NCBI GenBank assembly: GCA_965205505.1
Contig: CBDBHB010000009.1
Location: forward strand, 1,056,001-1,120,000
Direction of reading: 5' to 3'
Length of the DNA stretch: 64,000 nucleotides
From: Acidobacteriota bacterium
GTDB lineage: Bacteria; Acidobacteriota; UBA890; WLXD01
Part shown: positions 19,798 through 31,763 of the stretch, in pieces
Position numbering within the stretch: position 1 is the stretch's first letter
Layout: each line of letters starts with the position of its first letter
Notes under the pieces: generated by a model
What the model saw: only the letters and a program-made list of their open reading frames with translations
Told to the model about the DNA's origin: nothing
The model's database searches: none
Position numbers and translations under genes: made by a program

Positions 19798-21876
19798 ATG
19801 CAGCTCGACAGCAAGTTTCTCAAGACCCGCCTCGGTCGGCGCATGCTGGCGGTGTTCGTTGCCTGCGCCATGCTGCCGGTGACCGCGCTGGCGACGGTGA
19901 CGCTATTTACAACGCGGCACACCCTGAAGGAGCAGAGTCTCGCTCGCCTGAAGGAGGCCACCAAGACGCTGGGCATGTCTCTACTCAAGCGCCTGCTGTT
20001 CTGTGAGACCGAGCTGCACATCGTCGCCCGGGAAGTAGAAGCCCGGCGTTCCCCGGAGCCGCTGCACGAGGTGCCGCGCCGCTTTAACGGCATCGCGGTA
20101 GTGTGGGCTGGACAGGTGATCGACGCCTCTGGCCAGTCGTTCGCGATCGGCGGCCGGGACGACGCGGTTCTCGAGCAGCTCGAGACCGGACGCCCGGCCT
20201 TGAGCTTCGTCCAGCAGCCGGGCGTCGGCACGCCAACGCTGGTCATGTGGATCAAGGTTGATGGTACTCCCGACACGATGCTCGCCGGCTGGGTCAATCC
20301 GGGGTATGGCTGGGGTGACGGCTTGTTGGCTGGCCTGCCGCCCAACACCGAGCTGCTGCTGTTGACGCCGGGCGGCAGACTGCTGCTCAGCACCCTCGGC
20401 GACGACGAAGTCACGGCAGTGGCTGCAGTTGGTACGAGCACGGCGACCGAGAACTTCGAGACGAAGCTCGGCGGCCTCGACTTCGTCGCCAGTCGCTGGC
20501 CGGTGCCACTGCGCTACGCGTTCGGCAATCCGGGCGTCGTAGCGGTCGCCATGGAGCAAACCGCCACCGCTTTCGCCGCCGCCGGTGCATTCGGACGCAC
20601 CTACGCCCTCATCTGCCTGACTGCCGTTTGGGTCGTGCTTCTGCTGAGCATCGCTCAGATTCGACGCAACCTTGCGCCGCTCGACGAGCTCAAGGCCGGC
20701 ACGGAGCGACTCGCCCAGCGTGACTTCAAGTCGCGCGTCCAAGTGTCGAGCAACGATGAGCTTGGCGACCTGGCGTCGTCGTTCAATAGCATGGCGGCGC
20801 GTCTGGACAGCCAGTTTCAGCATCTCGCGACGCTGTCGGAGATCGACACGGCGATTCTCTCATCGTTGCATATCGATTCGGTCCTCGAGACGTCGCTGGA
20901 TCTGGCGAGCCGCAGCTATCCCGGAGTGCAGATAGGAGTGGGGATCTTGAGCGAAGATGCCACCACGATGTCGATGTACCTGGCCGGGTCGATGCGGCCC
21001 GAGCGGGTCGATGTTCCCGACCACGAGGCGGACGAGCTGAGCGGCGAGTCGCCGTGGCGCGAGATCGACTTGAGGTCCCGCGGCACCGGCATCACGCGGC
21101 CGCTACAGCGTCTCGGTGTAGAACGCTGCCTGAGCTTTCCGATTCGCCTGAACGGTGTGCTTGCCGGCGTGCTCTTGGTTGGCCTGGGTGAGCGCGCGAG
21201 CCTCGACGACGACCTCAACCAGCTGCGTCAGATCGGTGATCAGATCGGGGTGGCGCTAACGCATGCCAAGCTGATCGGCCAGTTCGACGACATGAAGCAG
21301 GGCGCCCTCACCGCGCTGGCGCGCGCCGTCGACGCCAAGTCGCAATGGACAACGGGTCATTCGGAGCGCGTAACGAGGCTATCGGTGCGCATCGGGCAGC
21401 AGATCGGCATTTCGGACCGGCGTCTGGATATCCTCAATCGAGGTGGCCTGTTACACGACATCGGCAAGATCGGCATCCCCAACGCCATCCTCGACAAACC
21501 GGCACGGCTCACCGAGGAGGAGTTCGAGATCATGAAGTCGCACCCGACGATCGGGGCGCGTATTCTCGAACCCATCATCGCCTACGCCGACGTTATTCCG
21601 GTGGTGCTGCAGCATCATGAGCGCGTCGACGGAGGAGGTTATCCGCTCGGCATCAGCGGTGGCGATCTCGACCCCGACGCTCGAATCATGGCCGTCGCCG
21701 ACGTCTTCGATGCCTGCAGCTCGGATCGCCCGTATCGTGAGGGCATGCCGCTCGAGCGCGTCATGGGCATCATCCGGGAGGGTTCGGGGGCCCACTTCGA
21801 GCCCCTGCTCGTCGAAGCGCTGGAGAGCGTGGTTGCCGAAGACGCCGAGTTCTTTAGTCAATTACGCGCCGCCTAG
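19798..21876 (+). CDS. Membrane sensor HD-GYP phosphodiesterase (periplasmic domain, HAMP, GAF-like, HD-GYP)
   Basis: Two TM segments; HAMP DELGDLASSFNSM; GHSERV, LLHDIGK, HHERVDGGGYP, VADVFDA. Confidence 0.9.
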   Translation: MQLDSKFLKTRLGRRMLAVFVACAMLPVTALATVTLFTTRHTLKEQSLARLKEATKTLGMSLLKRLLFCETELHIVAREVEARRSPEPLHEVPRRFNGIAVVWAGQVIDASGQSFAIGGRDDAVLEQLETGRPALSFVQQPGVGTPTLVMWIKVDGTPDTMLAGWVNPGYGWGDGLLAGLPPNTELLLLTPGGRLLLSTLGDDEVTAVAAVGTSTATENFETKLGGLDFVASRWPVPLRYAFGNPGVVAVAMEQTATAFAAAGAFGRTYALICLTAVWVVLLLSIAQIRRNLAPLDELKAGTERLAQRDFKSRVQVSSNDELGDLASSFNSMAARLDSQFQHLATLSEIDTAILSSLHIDSVLETSLDLASRSYPGVQIGVGILSEDATTMSMYLAGSMRPERVDVPDHEADELSGESPWREIDLRSRGTGITRPLQRLGVERCLSFPIRLNGVLAGVLLVGLGERASLDDDLNQLRQIGDQIGVALTHAKLIGQFDDMKQGALTALARAVDAKSQWTTGHSERVTRLSVRIGQQIGISDRRLDILNRGGLLHDIGKIGIPNAILDKPARLTEEEFEIMKSHPTIGARILEPIIAYADVIPVVLQHHERVDGGGYPLGISGGDLDPDARIMAVADVFDACSSDRPYREGMPLERVMGIIREGSGAHFEPLLVEALESVVAEDAEFFSQLRAA

Positions 21877-21899
21877 CTGCTCGCAGTTTCAGGTCTCCG

Positions 21900-22070
21900 G
21901 CATGGCCGCGTTCTCTAGCAAGCCGATCATCTCGGTGCACCCCCTGCACTGTATGAGCGCTGAGTCATACAGCTGAAGAGCTCGTCGATCAACTCCAGAC
22001 CGGGGTCGGCGTTCAGCAGCACTCGCACCGTCTCGGTGTGCGCCTCCCCAATAAAGAAGGGCTTTGGATA
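21900..22070 (-). pseudogene. Degenerate ankyrin-repeat gene 3' remnant
   Basis: Across frames reads GEAHTETVRVLLNA...SALIQCRGCTEMIGLLENAA. Confidence 0.45.
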
Positions 22071-22076
22071 ACAAAG

Positions 22077-22475
22077 TCAAGCGTAGCCGATCGCCTCACT
22101 CAACGGCGTCCGGCCGCGCATGAACGTGCCGCTGCCGCGGGCTATCTGGCGGCCCTGCGCATCGACGAGCATCGCCTCCCCCAGCAGGAGCGATCGTGAG
22201 CGGTGCACTGCCTTGCCGGTCGCCACGAGCTCGCCTTCCGAGACCGGTCGCAGCAGATGGATGTTGAACGAGGCGGTGAGCAAGAAACCGTCTTCCACCA
22301 GCGAGCTGCAGGCGAAGAAGGCGGCGTCGTCGAGGGCCTTGAAGTACGCCGCGCCGTGCAGCGAGCCGGCGGCGATCATGTACTCGGGCCGCACCGCGAA
22401 GCGCACCTCGGCGGTACCTTCGCCGATGCGTATCTTCGGCTCGAAGTGAGCGTTCGCCGGCGCCCCGAGGTACAT
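22077..22475 (-). CDS. PaaI family thioesterase
   Basis: GSLHGAAYFKALDDAA hotdog motif; true start probably upstream (in-frame EEHFRKLERMY, to about 22544). Confidence 0.88.
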   Translation of the reverse strand: MYLGAPANAHFEPKIRIGEGTAEVRFAVRPEYMIAAGSLHGAAYFKALDDAAFFACSSLVEDGFLLTASFNIHLLRPVSEGELVATGKAVHRSRSLLLGEAMLVDAQGRQIARGSGTFMRGRTPLSEAIGYA

Positions 22476-22540
22476 CCGTTCGAGCTTGCGGAAGTGCTCC
22501 TCCGCCGGTGCAGCGCCCGCCGGTTCCCCCGGGAGTTCGC

Positions 22541-24055
22541 TCAGTTCGCCGGCTCCGACTGGGCACCCTGTTCGATCGCGAACAGGCGATTGCGCGACAG
22601 GATGTAGAGCACCCCGTCCTTGGCGTACGGGGTCGTGTAGACGGAGGCGCCCATGTTCATCTCGGCGATCTCCTCCATCTCCTTGCCGGCGCGCAGCACG
22701 ATCACATCGCCGTCCTCGTCACCGAGGTACACCTTACCGTCGGCGAGGAAGGCCGAGCCCCAGACGGCCGCGAAGGTGTCGTAGGTCCAGTAGTGCTCGC
22801 CGGTGTCGGCATCGAGCGCGTACAGGAAGCCCGACAGATCGGAGATGTAGACAACGCCGTCGCCGATGGCGGCGGTCGACATGGTGCGGTGGAAGTCGCG
22901 GCCGCCCCGGTGCCAGATGACGGCGGAATCGGTGATGTCACCGCTGCCGCTGGGATCGAAGCACCAGAAGTGACCGGGCGCCTCGCCGTGCTCGGGATCC
23001 TGGCCGACTCCGATATAGGCCTTGTCGTCGTGCACTACCACCGTGGAGAGGATGTTGTTGCGCGTGCCACGACCACCGAGACGCCACTCCGCGTCCTTGG
23101 GGTTGGCGTCGAACTTCCACAACAGCTCACCGGTCTCGGGAACGAAGGCGCGCACCCAGCCGTCGCCACCGGGGAAGATCACCATCGCCCGGCCCTGCAC
23201 CACCGCGTAGGTCGGGTTCGTCCAGGTGCCGTGCAAGATGCCCTCGCCGGGATCGGCGTTGTCCCACACCAACTCGCCGGTGTGCTTGTTCAATGCCACG
23301 AAGCTGGCACCGAAAGGCGAGGGGATGGCCACGTGGCCCTCGTCGACGCCGTTTCCTGTCGAGGCGAAGACCAGGTCACCCACCACCAGAGGCGAGCTGG
23401 TGGCCAAGTTGTGCGGGAAAGCCTCGACCTCACGGATCATGTCGAACGACCAAATGCGGTCTCCGTCGATCGGCGAGGTGTGCTCTTCGGTCGTGTCGGG
23501 GCCGTCGTTCTCTCCGTCGCGGTGCCCCTCGGTGTCGATGCACACGACGTGGGCCTGGTTGGAAACGTAGTAAAGGCGGTCGCCCTCGATGTACGGAGTC
23601 GAGCAGATGCCCTGTAGCGGCCAGTCGTTGACCCGGCCAACGGGCAGCTTGTCGTGCACCATTTGCCAGAGAAACTCGCCGCTGTCGGCGTCGAACGCCA
23701 TGATCACGCCCTTGTCGTTGGGCAGATCGGGATTGCGCATTCCCTCGTTATTGGTGCCGATGAACACCTTGTTGCCCACCACCACCGGGCCAGCGTAGCT
23801 CTGCGAGCCCACGCCCACCGACCACTTGACGTTCATCCCGGCGCGGGTATCCCACTCCCCGGGAAGCCCGGTCTCGTCGGAGACCATGTTGCGGTCGGGG
23901 CCGCCGCCGAACATCCCCACTCCGTCTTCGGCTACGACAGCGAGCGTGGTTGCGGACGGCGTTCTGGCCACGGCGCCACGCACGGCGGCGCCGCTTGCCA
24001 CGCCCGTCACGATGGTGGCCGCCAGGATCCCACAGTAGAGCTTCCGACGCATCAT
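22541..24055 (-). CDS. PQQ-like/BamB-type beta-propeller protein
   Basis: MFGGGPDRNM, GSQSYAGPVV, TTPYAKDGVLYI; ATGA overlap at 24052-24055. Confidence 0.88.
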   Translation of the reverse strand: MMRRKLYCGILAATIVTGVASGAAVRGAVARTPSATTLAVVAEDGVGMFGGGPDRNMVSDETGLPGEWDTRAGMNVKWSVGVGSQSYAGPVVVGNKVFIGTNNEGMRNPDLPNDKGVIMAFDADSGEFLWQMVHDKLPVGRVNDWPLQGICSTPYIEGDRLYYVSNQAHVVCIDTEGHRDGENDGPDTTEEHTSPIDGDRIWSFDMIREVEAFPHNLATSSPLVVGDLVFASTGNGVDEGHVAIPSPFGASFVALNKHTGELVWDNADPGEGILHGTWTNPTYAVVQGRAMVIFPGGDGWVRAFVPETGELLWKFDANPKDAEWRLGGRGTRNNILSTVVVHDDKAYIGVGQDPEHGEAPGHFWCFDPSGSGDITDSAVIWHRGGRDFHRTMSTAAIGDGVVYISDLSGFLYALDADTGEHYWTYDTFAAVWGSAFLADGKVYLGDEDGDVIVLRAGKEMEEIAEMNMGASVYTTPYAKDGVLYILSRNRLFAIEQGAQSEPAN

Positions 24056-26316
24056 TCGTTCACCGTTACCTTGTAGTTGTCGAAGTAGAGATCGACGGGG
24101 GAGTATCCGTAGATCCCCGGGGCGCCATGCCGAATCGGCATCGGATCTTCTGCCGTGATCGTCCATGCAGCTGGCTCGGGTTCGCCGCGCTGCCAGATCT
24201 TGCCACGCACGATGGCGCGATCGACGGTCTGATCGACCCGAAGCTTGGCTGTGTACCAGGTGTCCATATCCCATTCGAACGGGACCTGCTGCGCCATGCG
24301 CAGCTCGGAGGCCCATGATCGCACCTGAACCCGCTGGTGGTTGCCCATGAGGTCGAGTGTGTAGCCGCTGTTGACCACGCCAGCGTCCGGCCGTCGACGC
24401 CCCGCGCGGGTGCCGAGGATGTCTATTTGTACCGTGACCGCCGACGTGCTTTCAGGACCGGTGTAGATAACCGATCGATTGAGACCGGCTGCGGCCGGTG
24501 GCTTGTGCAGCACCGGCTCACCGTCGAACTCCGTCGTGGCGTAGCGTCCGGCGCCGATCCAGTGCCGCGGCTTCTGCCCCGACGCGAAGTCTTCTTTCCA
24601 CGGAAGTGAGCCTGCGATGCGCACGCGTGCGCGGGCGGTGAGGTTGCCGATCGTGGCGACGATGTGTCCGGCCTGACTCCCGGCCGCGGGGTCGGCGACG
24701 AACGCGCCCTCGGGGCTCACCGAGCCCGACAGGCCCTGTAGCGACCATTCTGCCGCGCGGGTGCCGATGTAACGGCCCGCCGCATCGAACACGCGGGCCG
24801 CGAACGCTATGCGCTCGCCGCTGCTGGCCACCAGGTCGGCGGGAACCACGATGGCGACGTGGGCGGCCGCCCCGGCGGGTGCCATCTCGGCAGCCGCGGG
24901 GCTGGCGCTGGTCGCGGCGCTGAACGGTCGAGTCGGGTCGCCGAGGCAGAAGATCCCATCTTCGGTAGTGAAGTAGATGCGACCGTAGGCGATCGCCGGC
25001 GAGCCGTAGATTTCCGCGGCCCGGCTCTCCGCGGGAATGTCGATCCGGTCCGCATCGAGCACCGTCGCTCCGTCGCTGCCTGGCTCCAGGATGACGAAGT
25101 TGCCGTTGACCTCGGTGACGAAGATCTTGCCGTCGGCCCATACCGGCGAGCTCTTGCCCACCGTGCCGACGTTATGCGACCAGAGCTCGGCCCCGGTGGC
25201 TGTATCCAAGGAGCGCAGGTTGGCGGAGTTGTCGAGCAGGTACAGAACGCCGTCGTGTAGCAGCGGCGATGCGAACCCGACGGTGATCTCGTCGGCGCGC
25301 CATTTCTCGTGGGTGTCGGTCACGTTGCCGTGGCCGGTAGCGTCGATGGCCACCACACGGCCTTGCGGGCCGCCATCCAGGTTCTCTTCGCTGTGGCTGA
25401 CGTAGACCACGTCGTCGGCTACCACCACCGCCGTGTTGATGCCGCGCTTGCTCAGCTGGTATTTCCAGACGAGCTCGCCGGTGCGCGCCTTGAGCGCATA
25501 GATCCAGCCGTCGGCAGCACCGCCGATCATCAGCCGTTGCCCGGCGATCTCGGCGACGATCGGCGTCGCCTGGGTGTTCATGTCCTTGGGGTTCTCTTCA
25601 CTCGGGTTCGCCGTCCACACCACCCGGCCGTCGCGCTTGTCGAAGGCATAGAAACGGTGGCGCGGTGGCCCGAACTCCCCCCAGCTGGTACCGATCAGCC
25701 CCAGGATTACCCGGTCTTCGTCGACGATGGGGGTGTGCGTGCGGCCGCCGTACCCGGAGGCGCGCCCGTAGGTCTCGCCGAGCCGGATCTCCCACACCGT
25801 TTCGCCGTCTCGGTCGAGGCACGTGAGCAGCCCGTCGACCGTGTGAGCGTAGAGATAGCCGGTCTCGGCATCGGCAGTAACGCCGCCCCAGCCGACGCGC
25901 GTGTACGGCACAGTGGTGTTGTAGATCACGTAGTCGCGCTGCCATAGCAGCTCGCCGGATTCAGCACTCCAGCAGGCGACGGTCTCCTGAGTGTCGCCGC
26001 GGCGGCCGTTTGCGCATACACGGCCGTCGAATACCACCGGCGTCGAGCGTCCGACGAGATCGCTTCGCCAGATCTGATGGTCGCCGTCTACCGACCAGGT
26101 GGAGATCAGGTCGGTGGCCGGCGACACGCCGTTTTGGTGCGGGCCGCGCCAGCTCGTCCACTCGTCGGCGCGTACCGCCGCAGCGGCGTTCGGTTCGGTG
26201 GCGGGAGACGGCGAGGCCGAAACAGTCGACAAAGCGGCCAGAAGCGCAACGACGGTCAATCGTGAAGAAACAGTCAGCAGTGAGGAAAGCGTGCCGCGGG
26301 GTCGGGACGTTCGCAT
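24052..26316 (-). CDS. PQQ-like/BamB-type beta-propeller protein with extra C-terminal beta domains
   Basis: WTSWRGPHQNG; GSPAIAYGRIYF; C-terminal lectin-like segment ending YFDNYKV. Confidence 0.85.
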   Translation of the reverse strand: MRTSRPRGTLSSLLTVSSRLTVVALLAALSTVSASPSPATEPNAAAAVRADEWTSWRGPHQNGVSPATDLISTWSVDGDHQIWRSDLVGRSTPVVFDGRVCANGRRGDTQETVACWSAESGELLWQRDYVIYNTTVPYTRVGWGGVTADAETGYLYAHTVDGLLTCLDRDGETVWEIRLGETYGRASGYGGRTHTPIVDEDRVILGLIGTSWGEFGPPRHRFYAFDKRDGRVVWTANPSEENPKDMNTQATPIVAEIAGQRLMIGGAADGWIYALKARTGELVWKYQLSKRGINTAVVVADDVVYVSHSEENLDGGPQGRVVAIDATGHGNVTDTHEKWRADEITVGFASPLLHDGVLYLLDNSANLRSLDTATGAELWSHNVGTVGKSSPVWADGKIFVTEVNGNFVILEPGSDGATVLDADRIDIPAESRAAEIYGSPAIAYGRIYFTTEDGIFCLGDPTRPFSAATSASPAAAEMAPAGAAAHVAIVVPADLVASSGERIAFAARVFDAAGRYIGTRAAEWSLQGLSGSVSPEGAFVADPAAGSQAGHIVATIGNLTARARVRIAGSLPWKEDFASGQKPRHWIGAGRYATTEFDGEPVLHKPPAAAGLNRSVIYTGPESTSAVTVQIDILGTRAGRRRPDAGVVNSGYTLDLMGNHQRVQVRSWASELRMAQQVPFEWDMDTWYTAKLRVDQTVDRAIVRGKIWQRGEPEPAAWTITAEDPMPIRHGAPGIYGYSPVDLYFDNYKVTVNE

Positions 26317-26402
26317 GGTGCTATCTCGAGGTCGGGTACGGAGAGGCGAGCCGCGCTGCGAAAGCGGAATGTCGGCCACCTGGAATAGGTCGGCGGCGCA
26401 GA

Positions 26403-26428
26403 ATCATCTGACATGAGAATCAGATTAT
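26403..26428. promoter_or_regulatory. Inverted repeat, candidate operator
   Basis: ATCATCTGA-N8-TCAGATTAT upstream of the propeller operon. Confidence 0.35.
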
Positions 26429-26506
26429 CGTACGTTTGCCGCCGCACAGCGTGCAAGGTTCCCAGCGCCGAAGGTAGCGTCCAGCGGTGCGCCGGCAATC
26501 GCCGGT

Positions 26507-27685
26507 TCAAGCGGCGATGGTGCGGCTCACGACCCAGTACAGACCGACCGCGGCGATCGATAGCGAAGCCGGTACCACGATGCGGCGACGGTACCAGGAG
26601 CGGTTCCGGAAGCTGCCGACCGCAAGCATGGCACCAGCGATCACCGCCAGCTGGCCCAGCTCGACGCCGACGTTGAATCCGAGCAGGGCGCCGAGGGCCT
26701 GATCTGGCGGTAGGCCGATCTCGCCGAGCACACCGGCAAACCCCAGGCCGTGTAGCAGGCCGAAGGCGAACACCAGGACCGGGCGCCAGGCGCGGAGCTG
26801 GTCGGTCATGGCGTTCTCGAGGCCAACGTAGGCGATCGACAGCGCGATGAGTGGCTCTACGAACGATGCGGGTAGCTGCACTACACCGGCGGCGGAAAGG
26901 CCGAGCGTGGCAGTGTGGGCCACGGTGAACGCCGATACTTGAAGCAGCAAGGGACGCAGCTGTGCGCTCAACAGGAATAACCCCAGCACGAACATAATGT
27001 GGTCCAGGCCCGCCGGGATGATGTGTAAGAAGCCCAACCGCGCGTAGCGCAGGCTGGCGGCGATGGAGCTCTCCGAGGCGGTCGATCGGGCCGCCGGGTC
27101 GAGCGTGAAGGGTGTGCTCTCGTCGCCACGCGCCAGCGGCTCGCGGGTGGTCGCGCCGCTGCGTTCGTCGACGATCGTCAGCTGGACCGGGGCAAAGGCG
27201 CGTGAGGCGCGGAAGCTTACCTGCGTGGCACCGGCTGGCACCGAGCCAGCAAGCCAGGCCCGTATGCCGAGGAACGTCGGCGGTGACGCATTGCGGGTGA
27301 GGCCCGCCGCCCGGTCGGGAAACTCGATCCGGAAATCGGCGCGTTCACCATCGAAGAGGATGCGGACGCGTCGCTCCAACAAGCGGCGCAAGCCATCGAC
27401 GCGCTCGGCGAGCTGTGCGTCCGACAGACCGGCGAGGGCCGCGACGAGCTCAGCGTCGTCGCTGTCGGGGGCGGCGCCGAGCGCCAGCGCGTCGAGGTCG
27501 AGCTGCATGCTCGCCTGGAAGGTAGCGTCTGGGCGCAACACCAGCGAAACCTGAGTGAATCCGAAGTTGTGGCCGCTCGCCGACCCGACGCTCAGCGCCG
27601 ATACGACCGCCAGCGCGGCAATTGTCGTCGAGCGCGACGACCGGCGGTGCAAGGGCGGCTTCTGCTGGCGAGTTCGGTAACTCAT
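26507..27685 (-). CDS. HupE/UreJ family membrane protein
   Basis: GFLHII..GLDH, FTVAHT, FGLLHGLGFA, FNVGVELGQ. Confidence 0.92.
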   Translation of the reverse strand: MSYRTRQQKPPLHRRSSRSTTIAALAVVSALSVGSASGHNFGFTQVSLVLRPDATFQASMQLDLDALALGAAPDSDDAELVAALAGLSDAQLAERVDGLRRLLERRVRILFDGERADFRIEFPDRAAGLTRNASPPTFLGIRAWLAGSVPAGATQVSFRASRAFAPVQLTIVDERSGATTREPLARGDESTPFTLDPAARSTASESSIAASLRYARLGFLHIIPAGLDHIMFVLGLFLLSAQLRPLLLQVSAFTVAHTATLGLSAAGVVQLPASFVEPLIALSIAYVGLENAMTDQLRAWRPVLVFAFGLLHGLGFAGVLGEIGLPPDQALGALLGFNVGVELGQLAVIAGAMLAVGSFRNRSWYRRRIVVPASLSIAAVGLYWVVSRTIAA

Positions 27686-27754
27686 AGGGTCTGCCCGGTA
27701 TCGTATAGGGCGACCACGTTGTTCCCACCACTGATCCTGACTTCAGGGGCGACC

Positions 27755-28447
27755 ATGCGACAGGCTGGCCTGTGCCTCGCACTCGCATTGTCGATGTGTG
27801 CCGCAACCGCCCTTGGCAGCGTCGCCCAGGAAGCTGGCGGTGCTGGCGTCGATCTGCTCGACGGCCTGCGCGATGGCTGGGCGGCGCGCTGGATGCACCA
27901 GCGAATGGCGTCGAGCAGCACCAGTTTTAGCGTTGTCCTCGACGACACGCGGGCGGTCTTACAGGCCGACAGCGATGCGGCAGCGGCGGCGTTATGGCGC
28001 CGAATCGACCTCCGCCATCCGACACGAGCTCGCTTGTCATGGCGCTGGAAGATCGATCGGCCGCTCGATACCCAGCAGGACGAACGAAAGCGTCAGGGCG
28101 ACGACTACGCAGCTCGCATCATGGTTGCCTTCGCCACCGACATATGGGACCGCGACACGCGCGCCATTGCCTACGTCTGGGCGCGGGATTTACCTGTAGG
28201 GACGCGCTTCCCCAATCCGTATCGCCCGCGAGTCGCCACCGTTGTGTTGCGTAGCGGCGCCGACGCCACTGGCCGATGGAGCGCCGAGGAGCGCGACCTG
28301 CTTGCTGACTACGAGCGCGCCTTCAGCGAGCCGCCCGACCGTATCGGTGGTGTCGCTTTCATGGTCGACACCGACAATACCGCTACACAGGTGCGCAGCT
28401 GGCTGTCCGACCTGCGGCTTGTCGCCCTCCCTGTGCTGCCCGACTGA
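27755..28447 (+). CDS. DUF3047 family protein
   Basis: LSWRWKI, DDYAARI, YVW, ERDLLADY, MVDTDNT. Confidence 0.85.
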   Translation: MRQAGLCLALALSMCAATALGSVAQEAGGAGVDLLDGLRDGWAARWMHQRMASSSTSFSVVLDDTRAVLQADSDAAAAALWRRIDLRHPTRARLSWRWKIDRPLDTQQDERKRQGDDYAARIMVAFATDIWDRDTRAIAYVWARDLPVGTRFPNPYRPRVATVVLRSGADATGRWSAEERDLLADYERAFSEPPDRIGGVAFMVDTDNTATQVRSWLSDLRLVALPVLPD

Positions 28448-28454
28448 GCGGTCC

Positions 28455-28514
28455 TTGCAGGAGGTGTGTTCGTGACTATAATACCTAGAGAGTCTAAGGG
28501 TAGGGTTTCTAGGG
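28455..28514 (+). promoter_or_regulatory. Sigma70-like promoter and candidate PadR operator
   Basis: TTGCAG-N16-TATAAT (28455-28482) followed by near-palindrome CCTAGAGAGTCTAAGG and a weaker second copy. Confidence 0.6.
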
Positions 28515-28561
28515 AAGGCGACGCGCCGTTTGATGGTCACGTCGCCTGCAACGGAGATTCG

Positions 28562-28894
28562 ATGGGCAAGAACGGAATCGAGCTGCTGCGCGGCACGCTT
28601 GGCATGCTGGTACTGAGGACGCTCGAAAATGGCCCCCTGCACGGCTATGCCGTTGCCAAGAGCATCCAGTCGACTACCGACGAGACACTGACGGTGGAGG
28701 AAGGCTCCCTGTATCCGGCGCTCTACCGTATGGAGAAACGTGGCTGGGTTGTCTCGGATTGGGGGGTTACCGACACCGGGCGGCGCGCCAGGTTCTATAG
28801 CCTGACTTCCGAGGGCCGCGAGCAGCTCGCTGCCGAGCTCGCGACCTGGGGTGAATTTACCTCCGCCGTCGGCAAGGTTCTGGAGGCCGGGTAG
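28562..28894 (+). CDS. PadR family transcriptional regulator (acidobacterial type)
   Basis: LLRGTLGMLVL, HGY, EEGSLYPALYR, RRARFYSLT. Confidence 0.95.
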   Translation: MGKNGIELLRGTLGMLVLRTLENGPLHGYAVAKSIQSTTDETLTVEEGSLYPALYRMEKRGWVVSDWGVTDTGRRARFYSLTSEGREQLAAELATWGEFTSAVGKVLEAG

Positions 28895-28895
28895 G

Positions 28896-31640
<2,745 letters not shown>

Positions 31641-31648
31641 TGCCAGCC

Positions 31649-31689
31649 CTCGCAGGCCGTGTCGGAAGCGTGGCGGCCTGGTGACAGGG
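31649..31689 (-). repeat. Dispersed repeat family B, degenerate copy
   Basis: CTCGCAGGCCGTGTCGGAAGCGTGGCGGCCTGGTGACAGGG aligns to the reverse complement of about 5975-6015. Confidence 0.6.
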
Positions 31690-31763
31690 CCTTGCGAGGC
31701 GTTTTCATGCCTGCGCCGCCGCCGGCGTGAGCCGCACGTGGTAGTCGGATACGGCCGGCGCGC

